Source: a virus (taxonomy: Duplodnaviria; Caudoviricetes). From it: DNA of 25,144 bases. Of this stretch, positions 5,455 through 14,467 are shown one piece after another (position 1 is the stretch's first letter; each line of letters starts with the position of its first letter). The stretch lies in the IMG/VR virus record IMGVR_UViG_3300022923_000094, positions 1 through 25,144 of that record; one strand, given 5' to 3'. The position numbers were made by a program, and so were the translations under genes. The notes below the pieces were generated by a model. It had not been told where the DNA came from and did not search any database. It saw nothing but the letters and a program-made list of their open reading frames with translations.

Positions 5455-5532
5455 ACACTGCTCGACAGTAAGACCCATGCCTGTGGCCTTACTGCCTCAT
5501 ATAACTAGCCCCTTAAACGGGGCTATTTTTTT
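5455..5532 (+). ncRNA. Candidate small RNA (~75 nt)
   Basis: TTGCCG(5420)-17 bp-TAGGAT(5443) with TGn extension, internal stem CAGTAAG/CTTACTG, ends at an intrinsic terminator; no credible ORF. Confidence 0.4.
5506..5532 (+). terminator. Rho-independent terminator ending the early region
   Basis: TAGCCCC-TTAAAC-GGGGCTA followed by T7. Confidence 0.8.
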
Positions 5533-5765
5533 GCCTCATTGGGTTTACCTTTCTTGCCTTCGATCTGGTAATCTTTTTCTTTGGAGTAGCCACGGATCTG
5601 CGTGACGTTGTTGCGCTTCATGTTCTTGAGGAAGGCTGCGGCAATGTCGGGCGTGAACCCTGCCAGTTCCCCGAGCTCCCTTGAGGCGGAGTCCAGGTTG
5701 GTCCAGCCTTTTTTGTAGTCGCATACTGCTTCGATTATTTCGTCGTGGGTTTTAGTCTTAGCCAT
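5523..5765 (-). CDS. Hypothetical protein (80 aa)
   Basis: Follows and overlaps the helicase gene; GGAGAGG upstream on the - strand. Confidence 0.65.
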   Translation of the reverse strand: MAKTKTHDEIIEAVCDYKKGWTNLDSASRELGELAGFTPDIAAAFLKNMKRNNVTQIRGYSKEKDYQIEGKKGKPNEAKK

Positions 5766-7207
5766 TCTTTTGCTTCCTCTCCTAGAACCTTGGCTCCGAT
5801 GTTGATCTTGTCTCTGAGGGACTGCACGATCTTCTCGTCGATTGTACCTTCAGTGATTAGATCGATGTATGTTACGTTGTTCTTTTGTCCGATCCGATGG
5901 GCGCGGTCCTCTGATTGGATGCGCGTTTCAAGATTGAAGTCGTTGGCATAGTATACCACGAGGTTAGCTTCGGTCAAAGTCAGGCCGTATCCAGCGGTGG
6001 CTGGGTTGCCTACGAAGAAACGGAGCGGGTGGTTGGGATCTTGAAAGTTCTTGACGATGTTGTTGCGGTCATCGTCGGATGTGTCCCCGTAGTATGCAGC
6101 AGCGCAGCCGTCCCCGAAAGTTTCGTTTAGTGTACGCGTGATCTGTTGGATGTCGTATCGGAAACGTGACCAGATGATTGCTTTGCCTTCGTGCTCATCG
6201 AGTATTTCTTTGAGAGCATCCATGCGAAGGGACGGGAAGTACAGCATTTCGTCGTCGTCAGTCTTGAGGTGACCGGACATGATCTGTTGCAAGCGTAGCA
6301 TCTGCGTAATTACGGCGGGGGCCGTGGACATCTCACCGCTGTCGAGCATGACCATGGCGTTCTGCCGGATCTGGTTGTACATGTCCCGCTGCTCGGGGGT
6401 CAGGCCAACGTAGCGTACTGTGTACATTTTGTCGGGGAGATCGAGGCAGTCTTTCTTGAGCACCCGATAGGAGAACATGTCTATCTTATCGGTTAGCTCG
6501 TCGAGGTTTCGATATCCGACGATCTGTTGGAACGCAGATTGGCCCATGGTTTTCTTTTGTACGATGGCGTAGCGACCTTGGAATGCGTAGTAGGAATCGT
6601 ATCCCAAGAGACCTGGTCGTAGGAACTCGCACTGCGAATATATATCCATCGGACTTTTTGTCACGGGAGACCCTGTCAATAGTCTTTTGTACTTGAATCC
6701 CGATGCAATCTTCATCAAGTTCTTGGTGCGCTTGGCCTTGTGGTTTTTGATAGTTGTTGATTCGTCGATGGCGATCAGGCCATGAGGCCCAAGCGCACGA
6801 GACATCCACTCCCCTGCTTGCTTACCTTTCAAAGAAGAGAACGCTTCGACGTTCATGACAAAGATGGTAAGGCCATCGAACTTGTCCTTGACGGAGCGCA
6901 TTTCTTCCTGTTGTGTTTTGTTTGGTGATGCGACCCACCGAATCACTCGGTGCGGTACTTCATCGGACATGTGTTCGGGTATTTCTTTGACCACCCAGTT
7001 GCGATACACGCCCTTGGGTGCGATGACCAAAGCGAAGTTGATCTGCCCTGCGAGGTACAACATACCCATGTTGTCGATCAGAACTTTGGATTTACCTGTT
7101 CCCATTTCCATGAACAGTCCGAACTCTATTCGTCGCCACCCGTAATCAAGGGCCGTGGTCTGGTGCTCGAAGGGTTTTAATTTAAATTTGTAGTTGACAG
7201 ACATCAT
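5735..7207 (-). CDS. SNF2-family (SF2) helicase/ATPase
   Basis: MEMGTGKS Walker A, IDES Walker B, LLTGSP motif III, GYGLTLT motif V, QSEDRAHRIGQ motif VI; GGAGG RBS favours a start at 7204. Confidence 0.93.
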   Translation of the reverse strand: MMSVNYKFKLKPFEHQTTALDYGWRRIEFGLFMEMGTGKSKVLIDNMGMLYLAGQINFALVIAPKGVYRNWVVKEIPEHMSDEVPHRVIRWVASPNKTQQEEMRSVKDKFDGLTIFVMNVEAFSSLKGKQAGEWMSRALGPHGLIAIDESTTIKNHKAKRTKNLMKIASGFKYKRLLTGSPVTKSPMDIYSQCEFLRPGLLGYDSYYAFQGRYAIVQKKTMGQSAFQQIVGYRNLDELTDKIDMFSYRVLKKDCLDLPDKMYTVRYVGLTPEQRDMYNQIRQNAMVMLDSGEMSTAPAVITQMLRLQQIMSGHLKTDDDEMLYFPSLRMDALKEILDEHEGKAIIWSRFRYDIQQITRTLNETFGDGCAAAYYGDTSDDDRNNIVKNFQDPNHPLRFFVGNPATAGYGLTLTEANLVVYYANDFNLETRIQSEDRAHRIGQKNNVTYIDLITEGTIDEKIVQSLRDKINIGAKVLGEEAKEWLRLKPTTK

Positions 7208-7223
7208 ATACCTCCACTATTGT
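7194..7223 (+). promoter_or_regulatory. Candidate promoter of the replication operon
   Basis: TTGACA(7194-7199)-18 bp-TATTGT(7218-7223), overlapping the start of the divergent helicase gene. Confidence 0.45.
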
Positions 7224-7280
7224 CTACTGTACGGATAGCATGAGGCTACCGCAGAAAGCAACCCTGAAGAGGAAAAACTT

Positions 7281-7841
7281 ATGACCGATATATTCGAGGA
7301 CATAATTGATGAGGCCGACGCCCTCTCTAGCGTCGATACTGGAACTGGAAAACAATTGAGTTCTTTGGTTCGAAACCTACGCCGCATTGAGCAAGAGATT
7401 GAAGATGCGGACAACCACCTGAAAGCACTGAAGCAAGAGAAGCATAAGCTCTCTGTAGAAAACATCCCAGCCTTGATGGATGAGATGGGTGTCGAGCGTC
7501 TGGACGTTGACGGCGTGACCGTTGAAAGAAAGATGATCGTTAGTGCATCGATACCAGCAGCGCGTAAGGACGAGGCGTTCTCGTGGCTGCGGGACAACGG
7601 GTTAGATGACATCATCAAGAACGATGTGACCTGTTCCTTTGGTAAAGGTGAAGATAATGTTGCGGGGGATGTCGTTGGACTCCTGCAAGAGCGTGGCTTT
7701 GATCCAAAGACCAAGACCCACGTTCACCCGTCCACACTCAAGGCGTTTGTGAAGGAGCGCATTACGGACGGTAAACCGATTGACCTTGATATGTTCGGGG
7801 CATTTATATCCAACGCTGCACAAATTCGGAGGAAAGCATAA
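7281..7841 (+). CDS. Conserved phage replication-module protein (coiled coil + VHPSTLKAFVKE domain)
   Basis: N-terminal coiled coil, AFSWLRDNGLDDIIKN, VHPSTLKAFVKE; position before an SSB-like gene. Confidence 0.7.
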   Translation: MTDIFEDIIDEADALSSVDTGTGKQLSSLVRNLRRIEQEIEDADNHLKALKQEKHKLSVENIPALMDEMGVERLDVDGVTVERKMIVSASIPAARKDEAFSWLRDNGLDDIIKNDVTCSFGKGEDNVAGDVVGLLQERGFDPKTKTHVHPSTLKAFVKERITDGKPIDLDMFGAFISNAAQIRRKA

Positions 7842-8629
7842 TGGGCGCAGTAGCTAAGAAAAAAGAAACCGCAGTATCAACCGATGTAATGGACGATATC
7901 CTTGAGTTCGCTGGCGAAGGTGCGGCGTTTGACAGTAGCGAGATGCAGATCCCGTTTGTTCGGATCTTACAGGCGATGTCACCGCAACTGAAGAAGCGCG
8001 AGGCAGAGTACATCGAAGGCTCTGAGCAAGGTGATATGTTTAATACTGTGACCAAGCAGCATTGGACGGGGGAAGATGGCATTACTGTTATCCCGTGCTA
8101 CCAAACAACCAAGTACCTAGAGTTCACACCTCGTGATCAGGGTGGTGGTTTCCGTGGCGAGATAGCTGCGACCGATCCAGTATTGCAAAGAACCGAGCGG
8201 CAGGGTGCAAAGGAAATGTTGCCCAATGGTAACGAGTTGGTTAAGTCAGACCAGCATTACTGTTTGGTTGTGGAAGCTGACGGCACGTATCAACCTGTGG
8301 TGATCGACATGAAGTCGAGCCAGTTAAAGGTGAGCCGCCGTTGGAAAACACAGATTGCAATGCAGAAGATCAAGCACCCAAAGACGGGCGCAATGATTAC
8401 GCCTCCGTTGTTTGCAACGCAATGGAAGTTTACTACGATAGAAGAGAGCAATGACCAAGGGTCGTGGTTCAACTATCAGATAGAGAAGGTTGGGCTGCTT
8501 GAGAGCCGCGACCTTATGCTTGAAGCTAAGTCGTTTCGCGATAGCGTTGCGGCTGGCGAAGTGAAAGCTGCACCGGAGGAGGGCTCCTCCACAGTTTCCT
8601 CTTCCAACTCGGATGAGATACCGTTTTAG
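7841..8629 (+). CDS. Putative single-stranded DNA-binding protein
   Basis: IPFVRILQAMSPQ motif, flexible tail ending DEIPF (SSB-Ct-like); location in the replication module. Confidence 0.65.
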   Translation: MGAVAKKKETAVSTDVMDDILEFAGEGAAFDSSEMQIPFVRILQAMSPQLKKREAEYIEGSEQGDMFNTVTKQHWTGEDGITVIPCYQTTKYLEFTPRDQGGGFRGEIAATDPVLQRTERQGAKEMLPNGNELVKSDQHYCLVVEADGTYQPVVIDMKSSQLKVSRRWKTQIAMQKIKHPKTGAMITPPLFATQWKFTTIEESNDQGSWFNYQIEKVGLLESRDLMLEAKSFRDSVAAGEVKAAPEEGSSTVSSSNSDEIPF

Positions 8630-8636
8630 CAGCCTC

Positions 8637-8664
8637 GGGGGACAGCGGGTACTGTCCCCCTTTT
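8637..8664 (+). terminator. Intrinsic terminator/attenuator between the SSB-like and primase genes
   Basis: GGGGGACAG-CGGGTA-CTGTCCCCC-TTTT. Confidence 0.7.
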
Positions 8665-8680
8665 CACTTTGGAGCAGTAG

Positions 8681-10216
8681 ATGTCACAAGCTAACAGACT
8701 GCTTGCCGCATATGTTGGGGCGTCGAGTGCCCATGGGACAACGATAGTTGGACGCATAGGACGGAACGGTAAGGCAGAATCACAAAGCAAAATTATACGG
8801 GAGCCTCTGACCGAGGATCTTGTTCAGGCGCACATCGACGGTACGCATGGGGTTGGGGCGATCCCAATCAACGAGAACAACGAATGCAAGTTCGGGGCTA
8901 TCGACATCGATGTGTATGACTTGAACCATAAAGAATTGCAGGAGCGCATACGCAAGTTGAAGCTCCCGTTGTTTCATTGCCGCTCCAAGTCGGGCGGTGC
9001 CCACCTGTATTTGTTCCTCAAAGAGTTTGAGCAAGCAGCCGTGGTCCGTGAATACCTGACCGAGATGTCGATCATGCTTGGTCACAGTGGTGTGGAGATC
9101 TTTCCAAAGCAGGACAAGATCATTGCCGAGCGCGGGGACGTGGGCAACTTTATCAACATGCCATACTTTAATGCAGAGTTACCGCAGCGGTTTTGTTACA
9201 ACGAGAAGGTCGAGGCGATGGAACTCGACGAGTTCTTGGATGCGGTGGACAAGGGCCGTGTTGCGCTGTCTGATCTAGAAGCGGTACGGGCCACGACTAA
9301 AGCGCGTAAGCATTTCACTGACGGGCCTCCGTGTATACGGGAGATCTTTTCGGACGGGCCGCAGTCGGAGCCGAGAAACAAGCTGCTGTTTTTTATCGGG
9401 GTGTACTGCAAGAAGAAGTTTCCTGATGATTGGCACGGGGCGGTTGAAGAGTACAACCGAACTTTGTTTTCTCCACCGCTGCCGTCGAAGGAAGTATCGA
9501 CGATCATTCAGCAGCATGAGAAGAAAGATTACAGCTACACATGCAGCGATGAGCCGTTCAAGTCGTTCTGTGATCCGGCACTCTGCGTGTTGGCAAAGCA
9601 TGGGATCAGCGACGATGCGCCGGATGCGCCACAGGTTGGTGGACTGACGATCATGCTGTCGGAACCACGGCTGTATTTTATGGATGTGAACGGAACACGG
9701 ATCATGTTGTCCACAGAACAACTACAGAACCAAACACTGTGGCAACGTGCATGCATGGAGCAGTGTATGTTCATGCCGCCGACAACCAAGGCTAACCGCT
9801 GGCAGCAGATGGTCAACGGGCTGATGAGCCAAGCTACATACATAGATGTACCAGAAGAACTGACCATGGCAGGGCAGTTCAAGGATCTGTTGCGGACGTA
9901 TTGCACGAGCCACATTCGGGCGATGGCCCCAGAGGAGATTGACATGGGTAAACCGTGGACCGATGGCGGCATTACGAAGTTCAAGTTGGAGGGGCTTTTG
10001 GAGTTTCTGCACAACCGCCGCTTCAATGTTACCAGCCGTGGGTGGGTGACACAGATGATCCGCGATATCGGGGGAGACAGCGGAGTGCAAAACATTAAAA
10101 AGCGTGGGCCCAAGGGGGAGAGGCGGAGCACGGTGCGATGCTGGTGGGTTCCTGCGTTTGACGAAGAAGAAGTAGAATTGCCTGCAAAGGAGATTAGTAA
10201 TGACATCCCATTCTAA
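8681..10216 (+). CDS. AEP-family primase/primase-polymerase with PriCT-like domain
   Basis: IDID (motif I), RSKSGGAHLY (motif II), GNFINMPYF (motif III); RNKLLF...N...PPL..KEV PriCT-like region. Confidence 0.82.
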   Translation: MSQANRLLAAYVGASSAHGTTIVGRIGRNGKAESQSKIIREPLTEDLVQAHIDGTHGVGAIPINENNECKFGAIDIDVYDLNHKELQERIRKLKLPLFHCRSKSGGAHLYLFLKEFEQAAVVREYLTEMSIMLGHSGVEIFPKQDKIIAERGDVGNFINMPYFNAELPQRFCYNEKVEAMELDEFLDAVDKGRVALSDLEAVRATTKARKHFTDGPPCIREIFSDGPQSEPRNKLLFFIGVYCKKKFPDDWHGAVEEYNRTLFSPPLPSKEVSTIIQQHEKKDYSYTCSDEPFKSFCDPALCVLAKHGISDDAPDAPQVGGLTIMLSEPRLYFMDVNGTRIMLSTEQLQNQTLWQRACMEQCMFMPPTTKANRWQQMVNGLMSQATYIDVPEELTMAGQFKDLLRTYCTSHIRAMAPEEIDMGKPWTDGGITKFKLEGLLEFLHNRRFNVTSRGWVTQMIRDIGGDSGVQNIKKRGPKGERRSTVRCWWVPAFDEEEVELPAKEISNDIPF

Positions 10217-10427
10217 CAGATTGCTGCGCGTGGGAGAGGTGGCGGATATCTTGGGGGTATCGCGCTCATACGTTTACAAGTTGGCGCAAAACTCGACCAG
10301 TTTTCCAAAGCCCATCATTCTTGGTGACGAGAGCAACAGGCGGTCATCAAGCCGTTGGGTTTTGACAGAGATAGAAGACTGGGTAAACACTAGACCGAGA
10401 GGCAAGGATTATGATCCCGAAGGCTAA
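10200..10427 (+). CDS. AlpA/excisionase-like HTH regulator
   Basis: LLRVGEVADILGVSRSYVYKL...FPKPI.LG...RW...EIEDW. Confidence 0.85.
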   Translation: MTSHSNRLLRVGEVADILGVSRSYVYKLAQNSTSFPKPIILGDESNRRSSSRWVLTEIEDWVNTRPRGKDYDPEG

Positions 10428-11940
10428 ACTTATTCTGGGTCCACCAGGTTGCGGCAAGACCTATCGTTTGATTGAGGAGATCAAAGACGCACTGGCACAA
10501 GGGGCGCACCCGTCACGCGTGGGGGTGATCTCGTTTACCCGCAAGGCTATCGAGGAGATGGTGACACGGGCGTGTGCCGAGTTCCAACTGGAGCCGAAGG
10601 ACTTTCCGTTTATGCGAACGAGCCACTCGTTTGGGTTCCGTGGGTTGGGGCTACAGCCTAGCGACATCATGAACAAGGAAGACTATGACAACATCGGGGC
10701 GATGGTGGGCCTGACCTTTGAAGGAAAGATAACCAACAATCTTGAGGATGGTATGTCCCTGCCTTCGATTGGAGGTTCAGGGGCCGTGTACCTACAGATG
10801 GTGGGCCGAGCACGGTTGCGGATGGTGGACTTGGACACGGAGTTCAACGAGACGGCTGACCGTAGTTTGTTCTATCCTAAGTTGGTGCAACTGCACGAGC
10901 AGATCGAAGAGTACAAACGTGCGGTCAACAAGTACGACTACGTTGATATGATCGACAAGTATATACAGGTGGGGGAGCCCCCTGCCCTTGACTATTTGTT
11001 TATCGATGAGGCCCAAGACTTCACGCCGTTGCAGTGGGAGATGGCAGCAAAAATCGCTGACGCATCTGACCAAGTCTTTATTGCTGGTGACGACGATCAG
11101 GCCATCCACCGTTGGACGGGCGTGGATGTTAATGTGTTTAACACATGCACCAATCAAGTGGAGGTGCTTGAGCAATCGTACAGGATCCCTGCATCTGTGC
11201 ATAGGTTAGCCGTGGACATTTCCAAGAGGATTGATGATCGTCACATCAAAGTGTTTAAGCCCCGAGAAGAAGAGGGCATGGTTGAGTGGGTCACATACCT
11301 TGATGAAATACCGCTGCACGAGGGGTCATGGACTATTATGGCTCGGACCAACGGGTACGTTCACGACCTGGCAAAGCGGATCAAAGAGATGGGCTTCAAG
11401 TATTCTTTGAAGGGCAGACCCAGTGTGTCGGAGAAACTCGTAGCAAACCTATACACATGGGACGATCTGTGTGCTGGTAAATCTGTGGGGCTGCAAAGGA
11501 TCAAGGACCTGTACTCTTCGGTCCCGAAGCAGGGGCAGAATGCTGTGGTCAAACGTGGTTCGACACAGATGCTGGACCTGTTGGCTCCTGATGCGGAGCT
11601 CAACATGGATCGATTGCAACAGGAATTTGGATTGTTGGCTGGGCCAGAGCAGAGCGCGTATGAGGTCATGCGTGTAGGCGGAGCCGAACAAGACTACATC
11701 GATGCGATGGAACGACGGGGCGACGACTTGCTGTCAGAGCCAAGAATAAAACTGTCTACCTTCCATGCGATGAAGGGAGGCGAGGATGACAACTGCGTTG
11801 TATCCCTTGCGTCAACCAAGGCATGTGTGGAGAGCGACCACCCTGACGATGAGCATCGTGCGTTTTACGTTGCGGTCACACGGGCAAGGCACAATCTCTA
11901 CATTCTACAGAGCAACAATAACTACAGGTATACGATATGA
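10411..11940 (+). CDS. UvrD/Rep-like SF1 helicase
   Basis: GPPGCGKT, SFTRKA, IDEAQD, GDDDQAI, QSYR, STFHAMKGGE, FYVAVTRA. Confidence 0.93.
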   Translation: MIPKAKLILGPPGCGKTYRLIEEIKDALAQGAHPSRVGVISFTRKAIEEMVTRACAEFQLEPKDFPFMRTSHSFGFRGLGLQPSDIMNKEDYDNIGAMVGLTFEGKITNNLEDGMSLPSIGGSGAVYLQMVGRARLRMVDLDTEFNETADRSLFYPKLVQLHEQIEEYKRAVNKYDYVDMIDKYIQVGEPPALDYLFIDEAQDFTPLQWEMAAKIADASDQVFIAGDDDQAIHRWTGVDVNVFNTCTNQVEVLEQSYRIPASVHRLAVDISKRIDDRHIKVFKPREEEGMVEWVTYLDEIPLHEGSWTIMARTNGYVHDLAKRIKEMGFKYSLKGRPSVSEKLVANLYTWDDLCAGKSVGLQRIKDLYSSVPKQGQNAVVKRGSTQMLDLLAPDAELNMDRLQQEFGLLAGPEQSAYEVMRVGGAEQDYIDAMERRGDDLLSEPRIKLSTFHAMKGGEDDNCVVSLASTKACVESDHPDDEHRAFYVAVTRARHNLYILQSNNNYRYTI

Positions 11941-12188
11941 AACGAGATGAGATCCTCAAACAGGCAGAGAAACTTATCAACGGGGACCGTAACAAAGACT
12001 ACGGTGACGCCAAACAAAACTTCCAAGACATAGCAGATCTATGGTCCGTGTTCCTTGGTACGAAGATCACGAGAGAACAGGTGGCAGTGTGTATGATCCT
12101 GATGAAATGTTCGCGGTTGATGAAGTCTAATCACATGGACGGATGGGTGGACATCTGTGGGTATGCAGCTTTGGGAGGAGAAAAATGA
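11937..12188 (+). CDS. DUF6378-like protein
   Basis: INGDRNKDYGD...NF..IA.LWS...M.L.K.SR...D.WVDICGYAALG. Confidence 0.8.
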   Translation: MKRDEILKQAEKLINGDRNKDYGDAKQNFQDIADLWSVFLGTKITREQVAVCMILMKCSRLMKSNHMDGWVDICGYAALGGEK

Positions 12189-12385
12189 GGTATACTTGGA
12201 AAGTTACAGACGACGGGATGAATGTGTACGAGGATGGTGTTAGGGTAGCAAAGTTCGAACCGAATCAGTTCGTGCACATACTTGCCGAGTTGTCCTCGCA
12301 TGTGCGTTGGCAGCAAGTAAACAAAAACAAAAACAACTTCATTGAGAGCAAACGACAGCATGCAAAAAAATCTATTCGGGAGTGA
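12185..12385 (+). CDS. Hypothetical protein (66 aa)
   Basis: GGAGG RBS, ATGA overlap at 12185. Confidence 0.55.
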   Translation: MRYTWKVTDDGMNVYEDGVRVAKFEPNQFVHILAELSSHVRWQQVNKNKNNFIESKRQHAKKSIRE

Positions 12386-14261
12386 CCTACACCATCAGAT
12401 CAAACATGAGTTGGATTTGATAGATGTAGATTGGAATATCCCACCAGACTATCCAGATCTAACCAGCTACAAAGATGTGGCTGTGGACCTTGAGACATAC
12501 GACCCCAACATCAAAACACTGGGACCAGGATGGGCGCGTAATGACGGGCATATTATAGGCATAGCCGTGGCAGCAGGGGAGTATAAAGGCTACTTCCCAA
12601 TGCGGCACGAGAACGGACACAACCTAGATCCTAAGTTCACGCTCAAATGGATCAAGAAGCAACTGTCTGTACCAGAGATGAACGTGATCATGCACAACGC
12701 AACCTACGATGCAGGGTGGCTACGGGCCGAGGGCGTGGAGATCAAGGGTCGTATCATCGACACCATGATTACTGGAGCATTGGTAGACGAGAACCGTTGG
12801 TCCTTTGGCCTTGATGCTATGGCTCGGGACTTCGTAGCACTGCGTAAAGACGAGAAGCTACTGCAAGCCGCAGCCAAAGAATGGGGCGTGGATCCCAAGT
12901 CTGGCATGTATCTATTGCCGCCCAAGTATGTGGGGGCCTATGCAGAACAGGACGCCGTGGCAACGCTTAAACTGTGGGACGCACTGAAGGTGCAGCTAGA
13001 AGAGCAGGAGCTCTGGCATATCTGGAACATCGAGACGGACCTGATCCCATGCATGTTGGACATGCGAAGCAATGGGGTGCGTGTCGATCTGGACAAGGCT
13101 GACCAAAACAAGAAGCTGATTCGTAAGCAGACGTCCAAGCTGCGTAAGTATATCGAAGGCGAGGCTGGCATGGAGGTGGACATCTGGGCATCGGCGTCGA
13201 TCCAGAAGATGTTTGACAAGCTGGGTATGGAATACCTTACCACGGAAAAAGGGGCACCGTCCTTTACCAAATCCTTCTTGAACGACCACCCATCCGAAGT
13301 CTGTCAGGCACTGGTTAAGCTGCGCGAGTTCGACAAGGCTGACTCTACCTTTATTGACAGCATCTTGCGCCATGAGCATAACGGACGTATCCATACGGAG
13401 CTTCACTCTACCCGCAGGGATGAGGGTGGCACCGTGACGGGTAGGTTTTCGTCTTCGAACCCCAACCTCCAGCAAATTCCTGCGCGTGACCCTGACATCA
13501 AGAAGATGATCCGTGGTTTGTTCGTGCCGAACGAAGGATGCCAGTGGGGATCGTTTGACTATTCGAGCCAAGAGCCGAGGTTATTGGTGCACTTTGCGGC
13601 GTCCATGCCTGATTACATGAGGCACCATGTGGTCGATGACATCGTTGAGGAGTTCAACACGGGGGACGTGGACCTGCATCAGATGGTAGCGGACCTTGCT
13701 GGCATCACACGGAAGCAGGCCAAGACTGTCAACCTTGGGATTATGTATGGCATGGGGGTAGCAAAACTAGCTGATCAACTTGGGATTCCAGCGGATGATG
13801 CGAAGTCTTTGATCCGTCAGCATCGGGACAAGGTGCCGTTTGTTAAGCAGCTTGCGGACGTGGCTACCAAACAGGCGTCAGAGAACGGTCAGATACGCAC
13901 TCTGCTGGGCCGTAAGTGCAGGTTTCCGCTTTGGGAGCCTGTCACCTTCGGGGTAGGCAAACCCCTACCTCACGACGAAGCACAGAAGCAGTACGGCAAA
14001 CAGATCAAACGGGCGTTTACATACAAGGCACTGAACAGATTGATCCAAGGTTCAGCAGCCGACCAAACAAAAAAAGCAATGCTCGATTGCTACAACGAGG
14101 GACTTACTCCTATGCTCACAGTTCATGATGAGCTATGCTTTAACATAGAGAGCCAAGAGCAGGCGGACAGGATTAAGGAGATCATGGAAACAGGAGTGCC
14201 ACTCAAGGTCCCCTCTAAAATAGACGTAGACATTAAACCAGATTGGGGAGAAATAGAATGA
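12360..14261 (+). CDS. polA: Family A DNA polymerase with 3'-5' exonuclease
   Basis: ExoI VDLET, ExoII HNATYD, ExoIII YAEQD; TGRFSSSNPNLQQIP; motif A DYSSQEPR; motif B KTVNLGIMYG; motif C VHDEL. Start at ATG 12360 (track start 12342). Confidence 0.96.
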   Translation: MQKNLFGSDLHHQIKHELDLIDVDWNIPPDYPDLTSYKDVAVDLETYDPNIKTLGPGWARNDGHIIGIAVAAGEYKGYFPMRHENGHNLDPKFTLKWIKKQLSVPEMNVIMHNATYDAGWLRAEGVEIKGRIIDTMITGALVDENRWSFGLDAMARDFVALRKDEKLLQAAAKEWGVDPKSGMYLLPPKYVGAYAEQDAVATLKLWDALKVQLEEQELWHIWNIETDLIPCMLDMRSNGVRVDLDKADQNKKLIRKQTSKLRKYIEGEAGMEVDIWASASIQKMFDKLGMEYLTTEKGAPSFTKSFLNDHPSEVCQALVKLREFDKADSTFIDSILRHEHNGRIHTELHSTRRDEGGTVTGRFSSSNPNLQQIPARDPDIKKMIRGLFVPNEGCQWGSFDYSSQEPRLLVHFAASMPDYMRHHVVDDIVEEFNTGDVDLHQMVADLAGITRKQAKTVNLGIMYGMGVAKLADQLGIPADDAKSLIRQHRDKVPFVKQLADVATKQASENGQIRTLLGRKCRFPLWEPVTFGVGKPLPHDEAQKQYGKQIKRAFTYKALNRLIQGSAADQTKKAMLDCYNEGLTPMLTVHDELCFNIESQEQADRIKEIMETGVPLKVPSKIDVDIKPDWGEIE

Positions 14262-14467
14262 TTGATCCAAACATGAAAAGCCTTGGCCTTAGACAAATGC
14301 ACCCTGCTCAGATAGAAGCACTGATGGAGTTTATCGGGATGTCAATCAACCTAGCTGCTCTAACCAAGGACAAAGAGATCGTAGAAGAAACAGAAAGCGC
14401 AGCCGACGAACTCGTTAGAATGTTCGGGGGCAATGGTGTGCGGGTGGTTGTCGAAACAGACTACTGA
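14258..14467 (+). CDS. Hypothetical protein (69 aa)
   Basis: ATGA overlap with the polymerase stop; GGGGAG RBS. Confidence 0.65.
   Translation: MIDPNMKSLGLRQMHPAQIEALMEFIGMSINLAALTKDKEIVEETESAADELVRMFGGNGVRVVVETDY

Noticed and set aside
10200-10427. AlpA-like gene as evidence of a prophage or satellite
   Set aside because: No integrase, att site or host genes in the window; the gene is embedded in the replication operon.
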